A DNA stretch of 64,000 nucleotides, taken from Arenicellales bacterium (GTDB lineage Bacteria > Pseudomonadota > Gammaproteobacteria > Arenicellales > JAJDZL01). How positions within the stretch are numbered: the stretch's first letter is position 1; each line of letters starts with the position of its first letter. Positions 20,501-31,497 of the stretch are shown one piece after another. The stretch spans positions 245,637 through 309,636 of the forward strand of contig CBDBFX010000002.1 of NCBI GenBank assembly GCA_965205205.1. Direction: 5' to 3'. The translations under genes and the position numbers were made by a program. Under the pieces are notes generated by a model that was given only the letters and a program-made list of their open reading frames with translations, did no database searches and had not been told where the DNA came from.

Positions 20501-22766
20501 GGAACTTGGCGTCGACATCTCCACGCTGAATACGGTCTATATGCGCAATGTTCCACCGACACCTGCCAATTACGCTCAGCGGAGCGGGCGCGCCGGACGC
20601 GGTGGTCAACCGGCACTGGTTGTCACCTATTGCGCAGCGAGGTCACCGCACGATCAGTATTTTTTCTCCGAACCAACCCGCATGGTAACCGGTGTCGTCA
20701 GGCCACCGAGCATTGATCTTGCCAATGAGGATCTGATCCGCAGTCACCTGCAGGCGATCTGGCTTGTGGAGACAGGGGTTAAGCTCGGTTCATCCGTGCG
20801 CGATGTGCTTGATCTCAACAATTCCAAAGAACTGCCTCTGCATGATGACATCGCTAAGCAGATCTGCACCGTTCACGCGGTCAAAGAAGGGCACCGTCGC
20901 AGTCTTCAAATTCTCTCGACTCTGACATCAGAATTTTCCACACATGGCGCACCCTGGTACACAGACACATGGCTTGAAAGTGTCATGAACTCCGCGCAAC
21001 GCCGTTTTATCGAAACCTTCGGTCGATGGCGATCGTTTTACCGCGCGACTGCAGATCAGATGAAATTTGCCAACGACATCATTAACAACGCTGCCGCAAA
21101 TGAATCGGAGCGTAAAGAAGCGAAAGCGCGCCTTGATGAAGCGTTCATTCAACAGAATCTGCTTCTTGCTGACACACCATCCATGAATTCCGACTTCTAT
21201 ACCTATCGTTATCTCGCGTCTGAAGGGTTCCTTCCAGGTTACAACTTCCCACGTCTGCCTTTGATGGCATTCATTCCCGGTCGTCGTGAGAAAGTGGCGC
21301 GCGATTGGTTTCTGAGCAGACCAAGGTTTCTTGGGCTGACTGAATTCGGACCTCGATCAATCATCTATCACGAAGGCAGTACCTATCGCGTGAATCGAGC
21401 CTCTCTTTCATTTCGAGAGGAATCAACGGCGACCGTGACGGCTAGGCTTCCCGTGCAGGGGGTTCGTATTTGTTCCGCATGCGGCTATGGTCACTTTAGA
21501 GACCAGAAGAACTACGAGCGTTGCGTTAACTGCGATCAGCGTCTTAGCGGCGGACGATCAATTTCAAACCTGTATCGCATTGAACAGGTATCCACCCGGC
21601 GAGCCAACCGGATCACCTCGGATGAGGAGGAACGCCAGCGCCAGGGGTATGAGATGATCACCACCCTCCGCTTTAGTGAAGAAGACGGTTCTACACGCGT
21701 TGACAGCACCGCCGCCGTGGAGAACGGCGAAAAACTGCTGGAGCTCTCATACAGCCCTGCCGCCCGAATCTGGCGCATTAACTTAGGTTGGCGCCGGCGC
21801 GCGGAAAAATCAATTTATGGCTTCAGTATTGATGCCAATACGGGCGAATGGACGAAGGATTCACAGGCTCCCACCGATGTCGAAGACGATCAGATTCGTG
21901 AAGGGACGAGCATTGAGCGAATTACACCTTTCGTTGAAGATACGCGCAATACCCTCATTCTCCGTCCCGCAACTGATCTCACCGACAAAGCCATGGTCTC
22001 ACTGCAGTATGCAATCAAACGTGGTATTGAACAGGAATTCCAGTTGGAAGAGGCGGAAATAGCAGCTGAACCACTGCCAGACCGCATTAATCGGAAAACC
22101 ATTCTGTTTTACGAGGCCACCGAAGGTGGCGCTGGTGTTCTCACCCACTTGGTCAACGATCCCGGCGCGTTGGCTCGAATTGCCCACAAAGCACTTGAAG
22201 TCTGCCACTACTCATCACACTCGGGAGACTGGGCTGGATTGGATGACCTTAACAGTCTTGATGACGAATGTGAAGCGGGATGCTACCGATGTCTGCTGAG
22301 CTACTATAACCAACCCGATCATCCCCAAATTGACCGGCAGGACAAGGAAATGCTCAGCCTGCTTTGTCGCCTGACGCGCGCAGAGCACGCAGATCTTGAT
22401 CAGCTACCTCGTACCGGCGACAACTTTGATGAACTGTGGAATTTTGCTGGATCGAATCTTGAAAAAAGTTGGTTGACATACATCAGGAAAAATGGTCACC
22501 GTCTGCCTGATCGGGGACAACCTCATCTTGTTGACTTCGATACAAGACCCGACTTCGCTTATACCGATCACCAAACCCTAATCTATATTGACGGCCCTCA
22601 TCATCGCGAACCGCGCAGAGTATCTAAGGACGTCGACCTGACCCGTCGTCTTGAAGACGCGGGATACACGGTCGTGCGCTTCACCGAGGATTGCAAATCG
22701 TGGAAATCTGTCGTCAAGAAGTACGGCTGGGTCTTCGGGCCTGGAAATTCTTTCGCAGGTGAGTAG
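17531..22766 (+). CDS. DEAD/DEAH helicase with DUF1998 and C-terminal Vsr/DUF559-like nuclease; frameshifted at C11 (18533-18543)
   Basis: ORF 17531-18622 has TGTGSGKS, YPMNAL, LDELH and TSAT. ORF 18513-22766 has AFTDNRQDA, PTMELGVD, QRSGRAGR, EGGAG, CEAGCYRCLLSYYNQ and RPDF...IDGPHH. Removing one C fuses them. Confidence 0.88.
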
Positions 22767-22769
22767 GAA

Positions 22770-25661
22770 ATGGAAAATGCATCAACGAAAGTAGCGATCG
22801 AATTCAAGCCGGGAGACTTGGTCAAGGTTCGCTCCCGCGAGTGGGTGGTCTTGCCAGAGACGCGCGATGATCTTCTTAGACTCCGCCCACTTGGTGGGTC
22901 AGAGACCGATGCGTCTCTCATATATCTCCCACTTGAACCGGAGAAACCCACCTCCGCGACATTCGATTTACCCGACCCCAATCGGTCGGGACCCCAAGAA
23001 GCAGGCCTCCTGCTGCGAGACGCGCTTCGTCTGAAACTTAGAGCAGGTGCCGGGCCGTTTCGGAGTTTTGGAAATCTCAATGTCGAACCGCGTGCCTATC
23101 AGTTGGTCCCCCTGCTCATGGCCCTTAAACTGGAGACCGTCCGGCTGCTTGTCGCCGATGATGTCGGTATCGGCAAAACCATTGAGGCCGGATTGATTGC
23201 ACGGGAACTGCTTGATCGCGGTGAAATCGAACGACTGGCCGTCATCTGTCCACCCCATCTCTGTGAACAGTGGCAGCAGGAACTTACGGAAAAATTCAAC
23301 ATAAAGGCCGAAGTTGTCCGCACTGGTACGATCACTCGTCTGGAACGTAGTTTGCTACCAGACGAATCTGTATTTAATGCCTATCCCTTTACCGTGGTAT
23401 CGCTTGACTATATCAAATCTGATCGACGCCGCGAAGACTTTCTACGCACCTGCCCCGAATTTGTCATTTGTGACGAGGCTCATACCTGTACACAATCAAA
23501 TACGAACACCCGCCATCAACGCTACCAACTACTTAAAGGCCTCGCCGAAAGCAACCCACCGCGAGGTTTGGTACTTCTAACCGCGACTCCACATTCGGGT
23601 GACGACACCGCGTTCCACCATCTACTCGGTCTGTTGGATCCGAAGTTCACAGAACTGGCAGACCTACCCGAAGGTGCCACCCGTCGCAGTTTGCGCGAAG
23701 ATCTTGCACTTCACTTCGTGCAACGCCGCCGCGGTGACATCGCCGAATGGAATGATGAGGATACCTTTCCCATCCGCGAAAGTCGAGAAGCAACCTACCG
23801 TCTAACTGGTGAATGGGGTCAATTATTCGACGATGTACTCGCCTACGCGAGAACCATGGTTCAACGAACGGAAGGTGGATCGAAGCTCGAACAGCGCATG
23901 TCATGGTGGGCCGCACTTGCACTGTTACGTTGTGCATCCTCCAGTCCCGCAACCGTCTCACTCGCTCTGAAGACTCGACTCGAGGCAGTTTCCAGAGACA
24001 AAGGTGAGACCGCTGAAGAAAAAGTTTCAAGCTTGGATTCTACGGCACGCGAATCCGTTATGGATGAAGTGACCGATGACTCGCTAGCTTCCACCGAAAG
24101 TACTCCTGCCGGCACGATCAACAGGGTGGAGGACTCTGCGGCACTCAGTGAACTTATCAGTAGAGCTGATGAATTACGCGGCCCCAAAAAAGACGCCAAG
24201 CTCAACACCCTGATTGAAGAGATCAGGAAACTTGTGAATAATCGCTTCCGTCCCGTGGTGTTCTGTCGCTACATCGAAACAGCACATTATGTCGGTGACG
24301 GGCTGTGCAACGCTTTGTCGGAAACGGAGATTAACGTTATAGTAATCACCGGTGAACTCACACCCGATCAGCGTGAAGAACGCGTAGACAATCTCGCGGA
24401 CCTTGACGATGAAATCATACCCGTACTCGTCGCCACCGACTGTCTGTCTGAAGGAGTCAACCTTCAGAACCACTTCAACGCGGTGGTCCACTACGACTTA
24501 ACATGGAATCCCACTCGCCATGAACAGCGGGAAGGCCGCGCAGACCGCTTCGGACAGAAGTCCAGAAAGGTTCGCGCCCTGATGCTCTATGGCGAGAACA
24601 ATCCAGTCGACGGTGCGGTACTTTGCGTGATCATCCGCAAGGCTGAGAAAATTCGTAAGGAACTTGGGGTTTCTGTTCCCCTACCCGCTGACAATAACAA
24701 GGTTATTGAGGCGATCATGAACACCGTCCTGCACAAATCAGGCGTTCATTCCAGAGTCGTCCAATCCACCCTTGATTTTGGAGATATTGAAGCCGAGGTT
24801 GACGACGCATGGCAACGGGCCACAAGCAGATCGAAACCAACGGTCTTCGCCCAACGCCGTCTAACACCAAACGAGGTGCTACCTGAATATCGAAAGGCGT
24901 ATTCAGTCCTAGGTGGGTCCACAGATGTCGCACGCTTTGTACGACTGTCGGCAGCCAGGCTCAACGCACCGCTTGATGAACGAAATGGTTATTACCGACT
25001 ACCTGTCGCACACTTGCCTGATCCGCTGCAGGAACGTTTCGATGCCATCGGATTCACGGGCTCAGCGAAACTCGCTTTTGAGCAACCCACCCCAGTTGGA
25101 GCGACATACATTCATCGCACTCACCCTCTAGTCACAACGCTTGCAGACTTCGTCGCTGAACAGGCCCTCGATCCAGGACTCCCCGACACAGATATTGTAG
25201 CCCGAAGTGGGGCTATTTTCACCAGCGGTGTAACCGTACGTACCGTCCTCTATCTGTTGCGTCTGCGTAGCCACCTCCTAGTTGAGCGGCGGGGCATAGA
25301 CGGCCAGTTTTCGCCGTTCAAGTCTCTTTTAGCTGAAGAGTGCCTCGGCGTCGCCATCCAGGGCAGTAACTCGCCCGAACTTCTTACCGAGGACAAAGCG
25401 CTTTCGCTTCTTTGTCTCGAACCGGCCCGCAACATGGAAAAAGAGCAACAGATTCATCTGATTCGGCAAGCCATCGGTGCATTATCAAATCTGGAAAACG
25501 CTTTCGAAAATGTTGCCCATGAACAGACTCGGCGTCTGCTCGACGATCATCGCCGCATTCGCGAGGCCAGTAATACCAAAGGGCTACGCTACCGCGTCGC
25601 TCCCGCTCTACCAGTCGACAAAATCGGAATCTTTGTCTTCGTACCCCAAACCATATTTTGA
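22770..25661 (+). CDS. SNF2-type helicase (DrmD-like)
   Basis: PRAYQLVP, LVADDVGIGKTIEAG, DEAH, TATPHSG, TDCLSEGVNLQ and QREGRADRFGQ. Confidence 0.92.
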   Translation: MENASTKVAIEFKPGDLVKVRSREWVVLPETRDDLLRLRPLGGSETDASLIYLPLEPEKPTSATFDLPDPNRSGPQEAGLLLRDALRLKLRAGAGPFRSFGNLNVEPRAYQLVPLLMALKLETVRLLVADDVGIGKTIEAGLIARELLDRGEIERLAVICPPHLCEQWQQELTEKFNIKAEVVRTGTITRLERSLLPDESVFNAYPFTVVSLDYIKSDRRREDFLRTCPEFVICDEAHTCTQSNTNTRHQRYQLLKGLAESNPPRGLVLLTATPHSGDDTAFHHLLGLLDPKFTELADLPEGATRRSLREDLALHFVQRRRGDIAEWNDEDTFPIRESREATYRLTGEWGQLFDDVLAYARTMVQRTEGGSKLEQRMSWWAALALLRCASSSPATVSLALKTRLEAVSRDKGETAEEKVSSLDSTARESVMDEVTDDSLASTESTPAGTINRVEDSAALSELISRADELRGPKKDAKLNTLIEEIRKLVNNRFRPVVFCRYIETAHYVGDGLCNALSETEINVIVITGELTPDQREERVDNLADLDDEIIPVLVATDCLSEGVNLQNHFNAVVHYDLTWNPTRHEQREGRADRFGQKSRKVRALMLYGENNPVDGAVLCVIIRKAEKIRKELGVSVPLPADNNKVIEAIMNTVLHKSGVHSRVVQSTLDFGDIEAEVDDAWQRATSRSKPTVFAQRRLTPNEVLPEYRKAYSVLGGSTDVARFVRLSAARLNAPLDERNGYYRLPVAHLPDPLQERFDAIGFTGSAKLAFEQPTPVGATYIHRTHPLVTTLADFVAEQALDPGLPDTDIVARSGAIFTSGVTVRTVLYLLRLRSHLLVERRGIDGQFSPFKSLLAEECLGVAIQGSNSPELLTEDKALSLLCLEPARNMEKEQQIHLIRQAIGALSNLENAFENVAHEQTRRLLDDHRRIREASNTKGLRYRVAPALPVDKIGIFVFVPQTIF

Positions 25662-28600
25662 AAATGATCAGTGCTCGTCGAAATCGCGGATACACCGCCT
25701 TGAAAATCGAAGGGGGCATACTGCCGCCGGAGTACCTTCACACCATCGCTACACTCAAAGCACCTCACCAAGACCGCTCCGACTATGGGCTGTCAGAGTC
25801 TCTAGAAATTAAGGAAGAGATCTCCCGAAGTTGGCAAATTGCCAGCAAACTTCACAAGCGTTATGCTGAGCGTGGCTCTAAGCGTGACCTTTCCGCAACT
25901 CAAGATGACTGGCCAGTCGAGTTGCTACGTTCCTCGTTCGGTTACAACGATCTGACCACTGCCGAAAGTATTACGCGAGAAAATCGAGCCTTCAGGTTAA
26001 CCCATCGCGTCTGTGATGGAGCAGTCCCTCTCCTTTTCTTGACGCCCGACTTCGGCCTTGACAAATCTGACCCGCGTCTTGGATACGATGGCGGTCGTCA
26101 GGCACCATACAACATGATGCAGGAATTTCTCAACACCGATGACACTGCACTTTGGGGAATGGTATCCAATGGGTCGAAACTCCGCATTCTGCGCGAGAAT
26201 CTGAGCCTTACTCGATCCACCTATATTGAAGTTGATCTTGATCTTCTATTCGCCGAAGAGCTATATCCTGATTTTGCGGCTCTTTGGCTTTCTGCACACG
26301 CCAGTCGTCTTCGTCCCTTCACCGACAAACCTTCAAACTGCATTATGGAAGTCTGGAGAAAGGAGGCGCATAAGACCGGGGAACGCGTCCGGGAGAAGCT
26401 CCGCGACGGCGTTACCAACTCAATAAACCAATTGGGAAATGGATTCCTACGACATCCGTCGAACGTTAAACTGCGAGAATACCTAGTAAATGGCAAACTT
26501 TCGCCTGAAGATTATTTTCAGCAACTACTTCGTCTAATATACCGCCTGCTCTTTCTATTAACCACTGAGGAACGCAATCTGCTTCACACTCCAGAGGCTA
26601 CCGACGTACAACGCACAGTCTACGCAGAAGGATACTCACTCTCCCGGCTGCGCGAATACGCTCTTCACCACCGGTACTATGATCACCACCAAGATTTATG
26701 GCTGAGTCTACAAATCATCTTTCGTATGCTTGCTGAGGACACTACGGGCCTTGGGCTTTCCGCTCTCGGAGGACTTTTTCGGAGCGACCAATGTTCCGTC
26801 CTTGACGGTGCCGCCATTGCCAACAGATATTTGCTTGAAGCAGTCCGCACCCTTGCCTATTTTCGATCAGATCGTAGTCTCGCCCGCGTCAACTACAGAG
26901 ATATGGACACAGAGGAACTGGGGTCTGTATACGAAAGCCTACTAGAACTTCACCCCATCATAGATGTTAACAACTGGAATTTCTTTTTTGCAGGCAATGA
27001 CCATAATATTAGGGGATCAAAACGCAAATTGACAGGTTCCTACTATACACCGCCAAGCTTAGTGAGTGAAATTATCAGATCAACACTTGAACCTGTCATT
27101 CAGCAAGCCATCGTTTCCAGCCCAGATAACGCCAGCGCAGCTATACTCGCACTTAAAGTTATTGATCCTGCGTGCGGTTCGGGGCACTTCCTACTTGCAG
27201 CTGCCCGTCGCCTAGCCGAGGAAATAGCCCGCATCCAGTCGGTTGACGGCACGTTGAACGAGAATTCTCGCCAACATGCACTGCGTGAGGTAATGCAGCA
27301 CTGTATCTACGGAGTGGACAAAAATTCGCTCTCTGTCGAGCTCTGTAAAACCGCATTGTGGATCGAAACAATTGAGCCTGGCAAGCCACTCACCTTTCTT
27401 GATTCCCACATACTTCAGGGAGACAGTTTGATCGGTATTCTCGATCCAGATATCATGGCAGATGGGATTCCGAGCAGTGCTTACGATCAATTAACAGGAG
27501 ACAACGAAACTATATGTAGAAGTCTGAAAAAAAATAATCGCCAACCTAACCAGCAGGACTTGTTCGACCAAGATGCGATTCCAGAAGTCGCTGTGGAAAG
27601 TATTGATCTTGATAACATGCCTGAGGAAACACTGGATGATATTGAGCACAAACGTACAAAATGGCAAACAAAAATTCTTGAACAAGCCTATGCTCGCGAA
27701 ACTCTACGCGCCAATCTTTTTGTGGGAACGTATTTCACAGCTAAGACGAAAGAAACCTTTGAGACTGTACCAAGGACCTTGGACATCCAGCGGTTACAGA
27801 GCAACAAACCTCTACGTAGCGGGGTTAAAAAGCTCGTAGGTGATTTATCAATAGAGCACGATTTCCTACACTGGCATCTTGCATTTAATGAGATCATGCG
27901 GGATGGTGGATTCCATGTTATCCTTGGCAATCCCCCGTGGGAAGTCTCTCAACTTAATGAAAAAGAGTATTTTGCTACAATGGTGCCTAGTGTCGCCAAT
28001 TTAGAAGGCGATTTGCGAAAGCGTAAAATTGCTCAACTTAAAAACACTGACCCGAAACTATGGTCCGAGTACCAAAGTTCCCTACGTGGTTTCAATGCCC
28101 GAAACAAGTATTGCCGGAAAAGTGGTCGCTACTCGTTAAGTACGTTCGGAAAACTTAACAGCTATGCCCTCTTTGCAGAAACCTTTTTGCAACTCCTTAA
28201 CCCACGAGGTCGCGCCGGGTTAATCGTTCCTACGGGTATTGCCACTGACGATTCAACCAAGGTGTTCTTTGACCATATCGTTTCCAGACAAAGGCTTGTA
28301 AGTCTGTACGACTTCGAGAACCGGGAAGCGATTTTTCCTGAGGTACATCGCCAATTCAAATTCTGTCTTCTGACTCTGAGTGGCCAAGCCAATCCGGTTG
28401 CCACAGCTGAGTTCGCCTTCTTTCTACATCAAACCGATCAGTTAAAGGATTACACCCGGCGATTAACACTCGGCATGGAAGATATCGCTCTATTCAACCC
28501 TAATACACGGACATGCCCTATTTTCCGAACTCAGCGTGACATGGATATTGCGCGCAAGTTGTATAAACGAGCAGGTGTTTTTTGGAAGGAGGCGAAATCC

Positions 28601-29209
28601 GGTGAAACTGATGATAATCCTTGGGGTGTCAGCTTCATGCAAATGTTCAATATGACGAGTGATTCAAATCTATTCTGGACTAGACAACAATTGGAGGATT
28701 CTGGATGGATGCTACATGGAAACATTTTCGTGAAGGAGAATGAGCGGTATCTGCCGCTCTACGAAGCAAAGCTTTTTTATCAATATGATCATAGATTTGC
28801 CACATTTGACGGCGTTTCTGAACAGCAAATTCGGAATGGCAACGCTAGACCAATGACCATTGATGAAAAATCGGACACAAGTTCTTTAATTACCCCTAGA
28901 TATTGGGTATCCGAGAAAGATTTAGCAGATAGACTCAACTACGATTTAACAGCTACACAATCGTTTACCAGCATGGGGGGGGGGCAGGAGTGTGCTCCAC
29001 ACGCTCAACGAACTGGCTCGCAGCTCGCTCTGCGACTCATCACCAACTCGACAAACAAACGCACGGAACTGTTAGCCATGATACCACGCGTTGCACTCGG
29101 ACATACCGCAGCGGTAATGTTTCTTGGCTATTTTAGGACAGAAATATTAGCTCAGCGACTAGTAGAGAAACAACAGGTCTTTCCATTCTACAATGGTCCA
29201 CTGCAATGA
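25658..29209 (+). CDS. N6-adenine DNA methyltransferase (Eco57I/type IIG-like); C-terminal part lies in the next ORF
   Basis: LGSVYESLL, GSYYTP, DPACGSGHFL, GNPPW, PLYEAK..YDHR and PRYWV. Confidence 0.9.
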   Translation: MKMISARRNRGYTALKIEGGILPPEYLHTIATLKAPHQDRSDYGLSESLEIKEEISRSWQIASKLHKRYAERGSKRDLSATQDDWPVELLRSSFGYNDLTTAESITRENRAFRLTHRVCDGAVPLLFLTPDFGLDKSDPRLGYDGGRQAPYNMMQEFLNTDDTALWGMVSNGSKLRILRENLSLTRSTYIEVDLDLLFAEELYPDFAALWLSAHASRLRPFTDKPSNCIMEVWRKEAHKTGERVREKLRDGVTNSINQLGNGFLRHPSNVKLREYLVNGKLSPEDYFQQLLRLIYRLLFLLTTEERNLLHTPEATDVQRTVYAEGYSLSRLREYALHHRYYDHHQDLWLSLQIIFRMLAEDTTGLGLSALGGLFRSDQCSVLDGAAIANRYLLEAVRTLAYFRSDRSLARVNYRDMDTEELGSVYESLLELHPIIDVNNWNFFFAGNDHNIRGSKRKLTGSYYTPPSLVSEIIRSTLEPVIQQAIVSSPDNASAAILALKVIDPACGSGHFLLAAARRLAEEIARIQSVDGTLNENSRQHALREVMQHCIYGVDKNSLSVELCKTALWIETIEPGKPLTFLDSHILQGDSLIGILDPDIMADGIPSSAYDQLTGDNETICRSLKKNNRQPNQQDLFDQDAIPEVAVESIDLDNMPEETLDDIEHKRTKWQTKILEQAYARETLRANLFVGTYFTAKTKETFETVPRTLDIQRLQSNKPLRSGVKKLVGDLSIEHDFLHWHLAFNEIMRDGGFHVILGNPPWEVSQLNEKEYFATMVPSVANLEGDLRKRKIAQLKNTDPKLWSEYQSSLRGFNARNKYCRKSGRYSLSTFGKLNSYALFAETFLQLLNPRGRAGLIVPTGIATDDSTKVFFDHIVSRQRLVSLYDFENREAIFPEVHRQFKFCLLTLSGQANPVATAEFAFFLHQTDQLKDYTRRLTLGMEDIALFNPNTRTCPIFRTQRDMDIARKLYKRAGVFWKEAKSGETDDNPWGVSFMQMFNMTSDSNLFWTRQQLEDSGWMLHGNIFVKENERYLPLYEAKLFYQYDHRFATFDGVSEQQIRNGNARPMTIDEKSDTSSLITPRYWVSEKDLADRLNYDLTATQSFTSMGGGQECAPHAQRTGSQLALRLITNSTNKRTELLAMIPRVALGHTAAVMFLGYFRTEILAQRLVEKQQVFPFYNGPLQ

Positions 29210-29350
29210 GTAATCATTTACCAATCATTGGGCTAGATTCTGTCAAAGCCCTTCAGGCATTTCGAGATATCACGAATTCGAGAAGTGAACGGACATTTAT
29301 CGTAAACAATATACCGTTTGGGCCTATAGGAAACAACGCACCAGTTATTA
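29018..29350 (+). repeat. About three tandem divergent copies of a ~35-aa methyltransferase C-terminal segment
   Basis: Conserved Arg codons at 29033, 29140 and 29263. The similarity is at protein level (RxITNSxxxRT...IP....G); copy 2 is degenerate. Confidence 0.65.
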
Positions 29351-29877
29351 CACATCAACATTCCATGGCGGTTTCATATGCACTTGTCTTGGGAAATATG
29401 AATAGTCTACCACTTGACTGGGCCGCCAGAATTTCTGTTGGTGGAACTCACATGAGCTTTTTTGTTGTTAAGCAGCTACCTGTATTGTCACCTGAAGAGT
29501 ATCTGAAGGACAGTCCCGCAGGCCTGCAATATGTTCAACTGATCATACCACGGGTTTTGCAGTTGACCTACACGTCAATTGAAATGGCTGGATTCGCAAG
29601 TGATCTAGGTTTCGAAGGTCCACCATTTCGTTGGGACGAGGAACTTCGTCATAAATTGCAGTGCGAACTGGATGCAATTTTTGCCCACATGTACCAGCTC
29701 AGCCGAAAAGACCTCGAATGGATCTTGGATGCTCCACCGCCTAGTTCATCCTTTACAGTTCTAAAGAAAAACGAGCTGAATAAATTCGGCGAATATCGCA
29801 CCAAGCGTTATGTGCTCTTGGTATTTGATGCACTGCATCGTGGAGAAATGCCTACACTTTGTGACACCTACGAATAA
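29206..29877 (+). CDS. C-terminal (target-recognition) part of the methyltransferase as a separate ORF
   Basis: FRDITN, NSLPLDWAAR, QLPVL, FRWDEE, ELDAIFAHMY and GEYRTKRYVL align with the C-terminus of 49626-53807; ATGA overlap with the upstream stop. Confidence 0.85.
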   Translation: MSNHLPIIGLDSVKALQAFRDITNSRSERTFIVNNIPFGPIGNNAPVITHQHSMAVSYALVLGNMNSLPLDWAARISVGGTHMSFFVVKQLPVLSPEEYLKDSPAGLQYVQLIIPRVLQLTYTSIEMAGFASDLGFEGPPFRWDEELRHKLQCELDAIFAHMYQLSRKDLEWILDAPPPSSSFTVLKKNELNKFGEYRTKRYVLLVFDALHRGEMPTLCDTYE

Positions 29878-29929
29878 AGAATATCCTGCTAATTCGCTAC
29901 TAAACTGAATGTTTTAGTCAAATAAAATT

Positions 29930-30760
29930 GTGAATATAGATCAGCCAAGACAATTTCAACATTACATCCCCAAGTTTCAAATTAAATTGTTCGTGAAGGA
30001 TTCAAAAGAAGGAAAAGTGTGGTTTTTGAATAAATCTACAGGTAACATCATAAAACAAGCGCCCAAGAAAATTATGGGTGATAAGAATAGATTCCAAGCA
30101 TTCGAAAATGATAAGGGTGAAATTATCAACCCAGAAATAATACTATCAAAAATTGAAAATAAAGCAGCCCCTGTAATCAAAAAAATTGTAAAGCGGACCT
30201 TAGCTGGTGAAGTTCCAAATTTGGAACTACAACAAACTGAAACATTGTGTGAGTATTTATATAGATTGAATTCCAGAAATCCACAAAACTATGTGCAAAT
30301 GAAGATTGATTCCCCAATATTTGATAATTCAATGAGAGAAGTTTATAAACATCATGGTTTGGAATTCGAAAGTGGTAAAAAGGAAATAGAAGGTCATCGT
30401 AAGCTTGCAAAAAATTTAGTTGCGAGTGGGCAAGTAGACTTTCAAGTAAAGGATATGCAGGATTTCGTCGCGAACTACGATGTTGACTATATTCGTATTT
30501 CTAGCGATGAAAAAGATAAAGAATTCGTTTTGGGAAGTTCTTATCCAACTCTATATTCTACTAATGGAAATGTAACAGGCATATTTATTATGGTGGTCCA
30601 TCCACGCATATCTCTTGTATTCAAATGTCGTGATGGCTATTCCACAATGAATACCTTTGTAAGTACTGGAGTTGATTTAGTTAATCAAATAATTTTCAAT
30701 GCATCTGATTACTTAGTAGCAAAGAACAAGGAAACTCTGAAACCGTTTACTCCAACATAA
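29930..30760 (+). CDS. DUF4238-like protein
   Basis: N-terminal QHYIPKF and LSKIENKAAPVIKKI; very AT-rich. Confidence 0.7.
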   Translation: MNIDQPRQFQHYIPKFQIKLFVKDSKEGKVWFLNKSTGNIIKQAPKKIMGDKNRFQAFENDKGEIINPEIILSKIENKAAPVIKKIVKRTLAGEVPNLELQQTETLCEYLYRLNSRNPQNYVQMKIDSPIFDNSMREVYKHHGLEFESGKKEIEGHRKLAKNLVASGQVDFQVKDMQDFVANYDVDYIRISSDEKDKEFVLGSSYPTLYSTNGNVTGIFIMVVHPRISLVFKCRDGYSTMNTFVSTGVDLVNQIIFNASDYLVAKNKETLKPFTPT

Positions 30761-31223
30761 TCAGTGTCTGCCAGAAAACGCCCATTTCGCATAGATCGTC
30801 CGGCGATGTTGAATTTTTGAAGATTCGGTTCGAGAAAATTTCAGACTTCCTGACATGGTAACCGACTTCAGCGGTGGTTCACGGATGAACAGGTCTGTCA
30901 AATCAGTGGTTTAACGTTCTTCAACTGCGGCTTTCTCCCGATCGGGCCGTCCAATATGGCCAGCTGTAAAAATCTCTCGCCACAGATTCGATCATGATAC
31001 CTCAGTGTCCGTCGGTCGGGGGTTGAAATCACCGGATGACACCCTGGCCGCCGCCCGCTCGCCGGCGGCATCTGAAAGATCCCATCCCTCCGGTGGTCGG
31101 CCGTTGTCGGTCGTCGGTGCGGTTGTAAAAGAGCGCGGAAAAAGTGACAAAAAGTCCTCCGCATCAGACGGCTGCGGTATAAATAAGAACATAATCATCA
31201 ATACATTATAGCAGGATTCCGAC

Positions 31224-31497
31224 ATGCTTTACACAGACGCTGTCCAGCAGCCCCTGGAACTGATTCCCGCGCAGGAGACGAACATCTGCGGACCGTTCTC
31301 CTTCGTGGTCGACCAGGGCATGACCTACTACTTCAACTACCTGTCGCCGGTCGACTGCCATCCGCGCGATGACCGCCCGGCCATGCTGCTGCGCATCGGC
31401 CGCCTGCGGCAGCTGAATCAGCTGCCGGTGAAGGATCTGATGCGCGCCTTCGGTGTGTCGCGGGCGACCGTGAAACGGGTGGCCGACCGGTGGGAGG
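31224..31497 (+). pseudogene. Transposase N-terminal HTH fragment
   Basis: DLMRAFGVSRATVKR HTH; the sequence switches to IS4 DNA at about 31498. Confidence 0.6.
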
